64,000 nt of DNA, taken from assembly GCA_977030845.1 (NCBI GenBank), contig OZ365118.1, forward strand, positions 19,344,001 through 19,408,000. Direction: 5' to 3'. The stretch is from Fimbriosthenelais zetlandica (Eukaryota). The translations under genes and the position numbers were made by a program. Under the pieces are notes generated by a model. The model saw nothing but the letters and a program-made list of their open reading frames with translations, was not told where the DNA came from and searched no databases. Shown here in pieces: positions 1-9,422 of this stretch (positions are counted from its first letter, which is position 1; every line of letters starts with the position of its first letter).

Positions 1-66
1 TTCTTTCTAATTATGCTTTTGAATACACAAAAATTTAAGACAAGTTCAAGGTAGCACCTGCAGCAC

Positions 67-95
67 CCCCCCCCCCCCCCCCCCCCCCACCCCCC
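67..95. repeat. Poly-C tract (similar tracts near 15084, 17797, 18290; poly-G near 60798)
   Basis: Directly visible homopolymer runs. Confidence 0.9.
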
Positions 96-190
96 AACCC
101 TCCACTCTCGTGGTCACTTGGATTAGTGAAGAGAGACTTGCCTAAGTCTTTCTTTCTTTAAGCCTATTTTTTATTAGAACTGTTCAGAGA

Positions 191-218
191 ATAACTGATC
201 ATAACTGATCATAACTGA
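191..218. repeat. 10-bp tandem repeat ataactgatc x3
   Basis: Directly visible: ataactgatc ataactgatc ataactga. Confidence 0.85.
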
Positions 219-1463
219 ATAGCTGGTCATTCATAACAATGGCATCTATTTTATGAGAAGATTGATTGCACAATGAAATGTTCAGCTTCTTTTTAATGAA
301 AGCAATGACACATCTCTGGTAATTGAAGCATTTGAGTCCACATGTAACAGTGAAACTTATATGCCTCATGGCACTGAGAGAATCAAATTAAGTATAAGAT
401 AGAGAATATCTAAATCTACAATTTGTAATACCTATCAAGAGTTTAGTTTTGTTCTCTCATATTTAAAAACATTAGCCTGAAATTGATTACTTTGACACAA
501 TAAGTGATTATCCAACAGAATTATATATAGCCAAGGGGTTTGTGGTCAAGTCTAGGGGGAGACCCTGACTGGGGTGTATGCTTAGAGGTGTTGTGGTCAA
601 GTCTAGGAGGAAACTCTGTTGTTGCCATGGCAGCAGGTCAGAATGGTGGGTGGGTGCAAGACTGGAGGATTAGAATAGAGGGCTAGGAGGCTGTGTTGTT
701 ATAGCAGTTAAGTACCAGTACTTTGCTTAGAGACAAGAGTCTAGACAGAAGTTTGAAAATGTTCACTTTACACATAGTGGAATAGGAATTACAAAAAGAT
801 GGATTTAGGTGTGTCTATGGGCCTAGAACTAAAGATTTTACTTTGTCTATGTTTGGAAAGCACTTAGTCCTTGCATGAGGAATTATGTCAAAATGTGAAT
901 TTTTGAACTATTTAAATTTCAAAGTGTATTTTACTATAGAGTAACAGGCATTAAGAAACGATGACTTATATATGAAGTTTTTATGTAAATATTAAGGTTT
1001 TAAGTATGTTTTTTTGGTACTCATCTATAACTTTCAGTCTGCCTCTCAATACACATTTTTCTCTCAAAGAGGGTCTTTGTTGTGTACACAAGTTTTAGGC
1101 TGGTTGTAATTGGCGACCTGGACAGGAGATAGATAATTGCCTTCAGTATATTCCTATAAATTAATTCTATAATTATGTTCTATATGAATCATCAGAATTC
1201 TTGGTAATGCAACTAAATAATTGATCTCTAAAGTTAAACGCTGCCTGATTTCACGAGGTTAATCATTGAGGTGTGAGGCTGCCTTGTAAAACTCTCCTGG
1301 ATATGTCATGATGATATTATAATGGCTTAGTGTATTTTTAAAGCTTATTCTGGCAGGGGAAATGGGATTATTAATGATTACTAGTAATCGTGGTGGCTAG
1401 TTTACAATAATTTTATGTTATCTCATGATTATAATTATTGATGGGGCTGTTTCATTTTTACAG

Positions 1464-1607
1464 TCACATGAAGCAGAGCTTATGTCCTCTCTGGGAATGT
1501 CCCTAAAGCGTGAAATGTTGAAGTCCCTGGCTACAAAATCATTATATCCCAACGATCCTGAGAGACGAGAGACTATCTATGAGAAATATCGACAATTTAT
1601 TATACCG
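1464..1607 (+). CDS. MRPL28: Mitochondrial ribosomal protein L28 (bL28m), internal coding exon, phase 0/0, 48 aa: SHEAELMSSLGMSLKREMLKSLATKSLYPNDPERRETIYEKYRQFIIP
   Basis: Acceptor ttttacag ends at 1463 and donor gtaagt starts at 1608; length 144 nt. The peptide matches the C-terminal half of human MRPL28 as I recall it (KFGMDLKRGMLLRLA...[21 protein letters not shown]). The upstream exons are not visible and are probably outside the window. Confidence 0.9.
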
Positions 1608-1970
1608 GTAAGTTCTAAATAGGACAATGTTTAAGCGTGAATGTGGATGAATGAATGGATGAATGATTCAATGAATGGGAGACTCATTACAAAATATCAT
1701 TTTGTTGATAAAAATATATTTCTTTTTACTTGATGTGGTATTCCTTTACATGTTGGGTATATATTTTTGATTGACTGTGATGTTTCAAATATATATTTCA
1801 ATATTTATTTGCTGTTTATGTTTGAACAGCTATCTTTGCCCAAGTGTTTGTGAATAAATTAGTCAAATGAGTGGAAATATGATGGAGGCACAAAGTAATA
1901 TTAACTGGTTTATTTTTTATGAGATCCGTCTTTGCGACATAGAAATGTAATGCAGGAAACATGAAAGATC

Positions 1971-2207
1971 AAATAAATAAACTGAACATTATGTACAATA
2001 TATACACTATACACAATCCAATACTTCTTAGGCAAATTGAAGCAACTTATTTTTCACATTTTTTTTTTCATTGATCATTCATAAATTAGCCAACTCAATA
2101 AGTTATGGAACAGGAATAGGCCAATGAAATAATATATCAAAGAACTGGAACAATAAAACTGGAACTTTGAACTGAACTGAACATGAATATATATACAACT
2201 ATTTACA
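1971..2207 (-). promoter_or_regulatory. Gene A 3' UTR: four Pumilio-type UGUAHAUA elements and an AU-rich UUAUUUAUU element
   Basis: On the + strand: tatgtaca 1990-1997, tatataca 1999-2006, tatataca 2190-2197, tatttaca 2200-2207, and aaataaataa 1971-1980. All lie just downstream of the gene A stop (2312). Confidence 0.5.
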
Positions 2208-2311
2208 AGTTTTTACTGATGCATTTAGAAAGATTAAGTTCATGGACGTTACACGCTGACTAGTTTTCTGGCGCATTTAGAGACATAAATTAATTATTAA
2301 GTTCATGGAGT

Positions 2312-4153
2312 TTATACACTGTGTTGCTCCTCGCTTGACTTGTTCTTGTTCTGAGTACCTCGGAGTAATTTACCGAGGTTCATGATTTTCCTGGAGAAGC
2401 TTCGCCTGACGTTTTTCTTGGGGGTTCTGGGTACCTCAAGCTGTGCTCCGGCCTTGTTCTCCTTGCTGGAGTCCAGGGAGGAGTGGGACTTGTCTGATGA
2501 GGACGCTCCACTGTCAGGGGTAGATCTACGGGAGACTCGAGCTGTACCCATACATGAGACTGTAGACTCAGGGTCAGACACGGCTCTGTTAGGGACACGT
2601 GGGAGAAAGTGTAGACGCCCTGTATCACTACCAACACAGGGGGGACGGCTGCCTAGTCCAATATTCTCAATCTCCATGAACTCCACTGACTTAGCGGTGA
2701 GGTAGATCTTGTTGGTAGCTGACTCGCTCGTCATGTTGGGTGAGTTGCTCGGGGCCATCATTCCGCCGTAGCTGGAGGTACTGGTGGCGCTGGTACACTG
2801 ACTGAGAGCACGTCGTGGAGTATTAGTCACTCTGACGGGCAGTGGGTGGCGGCTGTGGTGACGTTTAGTTGATCTGTTCTGTTTGGTGATGTTACCGTGA
2901 GGTCTAGAGGCCAGGCTGGAGGAACTGGTGGCGTCTGATTCCTTATAGGAACTCTCCACACCTGTAGATGATGTGACGTCACTGGAGGGTGGATCTGATC
3001 CATCAGACCGGGTGGGGGAGACAGACAGGCCGCTGAGGTTGTTAGACAGGGAGCTGAGGTTAGCTACAGACGCCCGGGTGGCGTTGATGGAGCAGTGAAC
3101 ATCAGCCATGGTGTGGTCAAAGAATGAGGAAGGATCCATGAGATCGGTCTCTGAGAGACCTACTGGTGATCGGTGCTCATCACTGAGGTTAGGCTGGGCT
3201 GTCTGACGTCTGAGTTTACTATCAGAGCTGTCTGAATCCACCTCATGTCTCCTGGCTACTGGCGTGGCCTGGTTAGATGAGTAGTTATCACTACCTGACA
3301 TGAAGTAGTCCTGGGAGGAGGGGTTAGGTGTGGTGGCATCATCTCCAGTAGATGTCACGGCTCCTCCATGGTACAGTCCTGAGTCCTCACTGACCAGTGG
3401 GACGCGTCCAGACACGGGGCGGGATTTGTGGACCACAATAGGTGTAGCATCAGAGTCAGTGTTAGCATAGATCACCTTAGACCTGACCTGTCTGTTGTCC
3501 ATACCGGTGGGTTTAGGTCGGGGTTCATCCATCATTAGTTTCTTGCTACATTTCTCCTTACGGTCGCTGTCCACCTCCTCGATCCTGGATATCCTCAGTT
3601 TCTTCTCGGGGGTGCTGTACTGGGGGTAGCTCATGGTACTGCTCAGTGGGCCTGGGACATCAATAATGTGAGACTGTGATACTTGCTCTCTGTATGTAAC
3701 ATTAGAGCACCGGGTGATGGAGCTGATATCCTCTACTCCAGCCTCGGCGATCTGACTCAGTCCCCCCACACGGCTGTAGGCCTCTGATGGTAGCTCAGCT
3801 GTGTCGTTAGATCCCAGGAGTGAAGCCCAGTTCTCCCTCTCTGGGGAAGCCTTGGTGTTATTGGGGCAGTGCTGGGACATGAGGGAAGAAGGGTCGGCCA
3901 TGGAGCTAGCAATGGAGCTAACCATGCTGGAGAGTTCTCTGCGGGAGTAGGGGTTCTTCCTGGTGCGACGCTCGGTGGGTCTGTGTCGCTTGTATAGAGG
4001 TTTGTGTTCAGTGTTCTGGCCGGTCACTGCCTTCACATCCATCTCAATGTTGCGCTGCTCGAAAGCCTCGAAGTTCTTGACGAGGTTATAGAAGCGTTCC
4101 TTCATCTCACGAACGTCCAGTTTGAGCATGAGATCAGCCTCAACAATGCGCAT
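2312..4153 (-). CDS. Gene A exon 2 (terminal coding exon, 613 aa) of a 744-aa Ser/Thr/Arg-rich, probably disordered protein of unknown family
   Basis: Long ORF starting exactly after the minus-strand acceptor ttttatttttctag (AG at 4155-4154). It shares several motif blocks with the ORF at 38498-41128. Confidence 0.88.
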   Translation of the reverse strand: MRIVEADLMLKLDVREMKERFYNLVKNFEAFEQRNIEMDVKAVTGQNTEHKPLYKRHRPTERRTRKNPYSRRELSSMVSSIASSMADPSSLMSQHCPNNTKASPERENWASLLGSNDTAELPSEAYSRVGGLSQIAEAGVEDISSITRCSNVTYREQVSQSHIIDVPGPLSSTMSYPQYSTPEKKLRISRIEEVDSDRKEKCSKKLMMDEPRPKPTGMDNRQVRSKVIYANTDSDATPIVVHKSRPVSGRVPLVSEDSGLYHGGAVTSTGDDATTPNPSSQDYFMSGSDNYSSNQATPVARRHEVDSDSSDSKLRRQTAQPNLSDEHRSPVGLSETDLMDPSSFFDHTMADVHCSINATRASVANLSSLSNNLSGLSVSPTRSDGSDPPSSDVTSSTGVESSYKESDATSSSSLASRPHGNITKQNRSTKRHHSRHPLPVRVTNTPRRALSQCTSATSTSSYGGMMAPSNSPNMTSESATNKIYLTAKSVEFMEIENIGLGSRPPCVGSDTGRLHFLPRVPNRAVSDPESTVSCMGTARVSRRSTPDSGASSSDKSHSSLDSSKENKAGAQLEVPRTPKKNVRRSFSRKIMNLGKLLRGTQNKNKSSEEQHSV

Positions 4154-4803
4154 CTAGAAAAATAAAATGAGAAAAACATGAGGAACTGTATGATGGACAA
4201 ACATTTATAATGGGTAAACAATCTATTTGCTTGTGAAACAAAAACCAGTCTTAACGGATTTTCCACCTTGAATTAACATCAATTCATCAGTGAACGTGTG
4301 AAAATTAACACAGATTATAGAGTATCCCTGCGACCAATCCTGGCGCTTCACTTACAATAGAAATCCAGAAAATAAACAAAAAGGCGGTCAATTATAGACT
4401 GTTTGTGTGAGGCACACAGGGCAGTAACTATAGACTAGACTCATGTATCCACTCCCTTTTGTCACTATCTTATTGTTTCCACAATTGTCTACAGAATCCC
4501 TCCAGTTGTCACATTACAAGTGGTTTAGTTTAGTGTTAAGCCACCTCTCTATAATTAACCCCGCCCTAGTTATCCTGACCATAGCTAATCTCTACTATAC
4601 AAGGTGTCATTTAACCATGGCTTAGGCCGGGGTCCCCGCCTGCCAACCTGCCCCTAATTATGCCTCCAATTTCAAAAGTGTGAAGCTATAAGTTATATAT
4701 AACTAAGCTTCCCGCCCCATGTAAATTTTCCCAGGGTTATGTGTCAATTTTGTGTAAAACTTTTTGAGATACGCAAAAGAAATCACTAGTATTGCAAATA
4801 GAT

Positions 4804-4859
4804 TGAAATTTTGACGCGTCCATTTGAAATTTTGACGCGTCCATTTGAAATTTTGACGC
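4804..4859. repeat. 21-bp tandem repeat tgaaattttgacgcgtccatt (~2.7 copies) in the gene A intron
   Basis: Directly visible. Related ttgacgcg copies occur at ~5020, 6671, 6911 and 23385. Confidence 0.85.
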
Positions 4860-5114
4860 AATGTTAAAGCTATGGCGACATCACAAGAAGTATAACATTT
4901 CTGGTATTCGCTATAATATAAATTGTTGGTAGAGTAAACCAATATGATGGAATTTCAAGTATAGTACTTGAAAGGTATGGTTTATGATTGATTTTAGACT
5001 TCCAAGTGACTGATTGAAGTTTGGACGCGAGTTCCTATGTTAAACCTATGGCGACATGTAGATGTTCTATGTCCAATACACAAGTTGATCTAAGTCCAGT
5101 AAAAGTCTACTCAC

Positions 5115-5507
5115 CATTTCGATCTTGGTATCCTTGAAGAAGTCAAATAGTTCACTATCCTGGCAGGGTACGTTAGCCTTGGTTTGGGCCATCTCCGCCC
5201 TGGAGCGGCGAGGCTTAGTTGTTGTAGATGAGGAATCACTAGAGCCATGTCCATCAGCCGAGGACCGGGAAGCCCGGTGACGGCGTGGCCGGCTGTGGTG
5301 GCGGGAGGCCCGGCGAGAGCTGGCTTCCTGAGACCGGGAAGAACCCGAGGACCGGGAGCTTCTATCACTGGGGTATTCCATGCCTGAGGGTGAAGGTCTG
5401 GTAACTGGGATATCCTCCCCCAACACACTCCTTCTCCTTCTCCTACTACTGCCAGAGTTGGCGGCAGTGCTGGTGCTAGTGGCGGTTTGCGTATCCAATA
5501 TAGGCAT
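5115..5507 (-). CDS. Gene A exon 1 (131 aa, MPILDTQ...FFKDTKIEM), Ser/Arg/His-rich
   Basis: ATG in a caacATG context and a phase-0 donor ATG|gtgagt at 5114. It joins exon 2 in frame across a 961-bp intron, and the junction peptide aligns with the gene B junction. Confidence 0.82.
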
Positions 5508-5689
5508 GTTGAATCAGTATGATATTAACATTCAAGTGGCTGTATATTACAGTTGGTAATAGAGGTAGATATGTATAGCTTGCTATGTTTGCTTGTAAGA
5601 GCGTCAGTCGAATGATACCCCTCTGAGCGGTGGAGGGGTTACATATATGGCCAGCTTAATTGCTGCCACAACACCTTACTACCAACACT

Positions 5690-5920
5690 CAGAGCCTGCT
5701 GTGATTGGCTGAGAGTGGACAAAGCTACTGCCAGCACCTTGTCCCCAGCTGTCCGCTGAATGGTCACTCAATGGTCAGTGTGAGAAACACTGTCGCCCAC
5801 TCTGCCATGCCGCATGTCTGGCTCGCCCCCACTCACACTCCGCGTTTGAGAGCTTTTTTGCACCACTGCCAGCCAATTAACCCACAATCCCCCGTATAAA
5901 CATTGGGTTTATATGATAAA
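5690..5920 (-). promoter_or_regulatory. Candidate core promoter or 5' region of gene A
   Basis: GC-richer island ~200-400 bp upstream of the ATG, with CCAAT boxes (gattggc ~5703, gccaat ~5871), a minus-strand TATA-like CATATAAA (~5914-5907) and a TGTGAGAA Su(H)-like motif near 5779. The start site is not determined. Confidence 0.35.
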
Positions 5921-8900
5921 CAAAACATGAGAGGTGAAGGCTGAGTGATAGCCTACCTACACCTGTTATCACCTGACAATGCCTACCTTGATTGATGCTA
6001 TATATCTCTATGATCAAGCGGTCATCTGGTGTCTACTCATTAATAAAGTCTACTACTGACCACTCAATCTAAAGCCAGGCTTTGATCAGTATAAAATATA
6101 GGGATGTGTTTTAAACATAACCTATAATAAGATAGCTATTTAACTGATATATCTATTTAATGTAGTAGAGAAGGCCTGGCCTATAGGTGCTTTGACCCCA
6201 ATCCCAGTGATTGCCCCTTGATTAAAATATTTACTTTACTTATTTTAAAAATAGAACACTCTCTGAATCCCCAAAACCCCAAAAGTTTAATTGAAAGTTT
6301 TTAATGATTGTTAAATATTTTGATATTGAATATGCGAGCCTGTAACGTCTAGTAAGATAGTTTTTATTTAATAATAAATGCATGACATTTGAAATATCTT
6401 TGATCAGCTTGTCCTATTATACAAATTATACACCCTTCCATCTTTAATTTGTCACTGAAGAATTATATTAAAAATAGTCACACTTGTGAGTGTGAAGATA
6501 TGAGTATTAACAAGGGTGAAGGATAGCCCGCTCACTCATCACAGACCTGAGACTTGTCTCTCACACCATGGGCTTGTAATTATTTATTGAGTGTCATATC
6601 GGACGCACATCGTTCACTGACGATTAGCACTCGATTCGCGCCTGGTCCAAAAAACATTTTAACAAATTTATTTTGACGCGTCCAACTCTTTGTGTGTATC
6701 ACTGCATTAGACCAGATGGTGTAAACGTGGTGTTATCACACGTGTTTAATATTCATCATCTTCAGACTGAACACTCACTACAAATTTCTTACATAACAAG
6801 AGCAAAATCAATTTGGTGATGTGCCGCGAAATATATCTCTGAAAAATGGAAAGTTTGGTGGATGTTTCACAAGAAATTACGCGTCATTATTTCAGATTTA
6901 ACATTATCTATTGACGCGCCTATTTTTGTTATAATCCCCGGCCCTGTAATTAATATTTCTAGCCCATTACTCGGGGGTCGGTGGAGAGTTTTACTGAGGG
7001 AAATGGCCATTAATTCCCTCTCTATGCTTTGTGTTTGATGGTCAATAGGATACACATGTCATTCTCTTACGTTTTCAGCTGAATTGAATTGAGGTTAAGC
7101 AACTACCCATTCTCTCTCACTTCCATTGTTTTATTCTTTTATGTATTTTTACCAGTTTTTGGTATCATTTTTCTGAATCAAATATTATATTTGATCAGTT
7201 CTAAATGATTCTCACATTGTCTCTTATATCATGAGTATATCTATACACCTCCACCACTCATTCTCCCCATCTCAATATTTAGTTAGCAATGATAACATGG
7301 CTTTGTCTTAATACTAAATATAACCCAGGTCATGTTAATAATAACATGAGGAAGTTTTAAGTGATGAATGTTCACATGTTAAGTACCTGGTTGAGATTAA
7401 CTCTATTACTGTCATATCCGCCCCATCCCCGGCATTGTTCACCTATAGGATTAATCTATATTGATCCACCAAAGTTAGCATAATGAGTTAGTGAGTTATA
7501 ATAACATGAGATACATGCACTGGTCGCGCCCGGCATGTCTGCCTCTCACCCCATGCATGTTGGTAGAGTAAACCTCTACATGGTCCATGTCTCAGCTATG
7601 TCCTGTCATTCCCTCAGTTAGATGTAAACCAAGCCTGCAATAGTCGGCTGTAATTCCTGTATAAACTTCCCATACTCATGGCTTGTCTGTCTGGAGGGTC
7701 TGAAGATATCATGTATGTGTCCTCAACTCAGCTGAGGAGAGAAATGCCTTAAACCAACACATGTATCATTATATATACCAATATACATCACTTTCAACAT
7801 ATCAGTTTATACCAGTTTTGCACCATATTTTTCCAGTTTGATTTTTATGCATTTTTCGCGGTTTTCTTCCCCCATCTCTTACTATGGGACATGTTTAGTT
7901 GAAGTCATAGGGAGAGAGTCTAACTGTTGGTGTGATAAGATCATGAGGTGGGTAGAGATAGCTTTGTCCACTGTAAGTCTGGGTTATGGGATGAAAGCCT
8001 GTGGTGTAACCAGCATCTGGTGAGGTTTTGTTTTGACCGGTAGACGTTTTGTCTACCTATGAGAACCTACCTGGCTGTCCGGGCTTTGATGTTCACCCCC
8101 TTGAGGCACCCTAACAGCGTGAGCCCGTGGAGGGGGCACAGATAGGTTTCATAAGTATCCTTCAACGGTGATCCCCGCTCTAGAGATTTTTAGTAAAGAA
8201 GACCTAGTAAACACTTGGTGTTTTCTGTTAGAGGACTGCAGGTTTTTAATTGATTTCCGATTTTTTCATCATTGTTTTGCACCCCTGGGAGGTAGGCTCA
8301 GCAGGGCCGACAATATATATCAAAGTGTTAAGAAACGGGGAGATTCAAAGAACATTTCTATATGTGTAAAATTGTTCCTTTCTCCCCCAAAGTACTCCCT
8401 TGTGAGTGATGCTCAAAATTGGACCTTAATTTCTTCTCTATAGATTGAAAAATACCTTTCTACTTGATAATTTTCATGCATCATCAACTTTCTATATAGA
8501 AAGAATTTTTGTCAAAACATGACAAAGGGATGATGTATTAATCGATTCTAATGTTAAGTACAAATTGATTATTAGCACATTTCTCTCAGTGAGGGCGCCA
8601 TGTTCATGATGTCATGGTGGGGGGTGGGAGATGCCGCACCTGTGACCGGGGATTTAGAGAGACTGAGTTAATACCTTTATTGTATAACGAGGTGTTGTTT
8701 TACTTCACCTCGAGGCCTCATCACAGCTGCTATGACAGATGGGGAATCACTCTCTACTTTACTCTCTCTATCATGAGTGATTGCGGGCGTGTGGAGAGTC
8801 TCTCATCTCATTCATATGGTCACTAGCATTAAAACTGACCACTGGTCAGCAGCATTAAGACTGACCGTTTGTACGCCATGCTTGGTGACATAATATTAGT

Positions 8901-9152
8901 CATTAATCAAACGTCTGGCTGAGGCGCTTTCCCACTGTCTCCCACTGTCTCAATATCTCTCTATGTCGATATACAAAATTAGAACGAGGAAGATAAAAAC
9001 ATTGTGACATTCCCCTGTACATGTCTGGGACATAGACTATGTCTAGGTGCTTTATTGATGTGAAAAAGCGCCGTTAATTCCCATCTTAATCCTCATTAAA
9101 TGTATGAAGTGTTAGGTTTTGATATATCTGTGATAATCCATGAGTTTATACC

Positions 9153-9422
9153 ATCAAAGTCGGCCAGACGCCGTCCACCCATCTCATGTGTGAAATCCGG
9201 GAGGGGGACGAGGGCACAGAGCGTCTCCACAATTTTTCAAACCACCCTTCCTTTGTAAATTTCATACAGATTAAGAAAAAAAAAGAAGAAAAAAAAGAAT
9301 CGTCTTTGATCTGGTGAAACTTGTGGCTTGTACGGTAGACTTGTCTGCGCCCCTGTCCGCGACACCAGCTTGGTTTTGTCGCGACCCGCGTCCAAGCCTG
9401 TGAGTAGCTCTTCATCTTTGAT
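9153..9422. promoter_or_regulatory. Cluster of three TCF/LEF-type CTTTGAT/ATCAAAG motifs (candidate Wnt-responsive enhancer)
   Basis: atcaaag 9153-9159 followed by tcggccagacgccgtcc, ctttgat 9304-9310, and ctttgat 9416-9422, within a locally CpG-rich segment. Confidence 0.4.

Noticed and set aside
2312-2330. C-terminal QHSV of A and LGHF of B as PDZ-binding motifs
   Set aside because: Neither has S/T or a hydrophobic residue at position -2, and the two termini are not conserved with each other.
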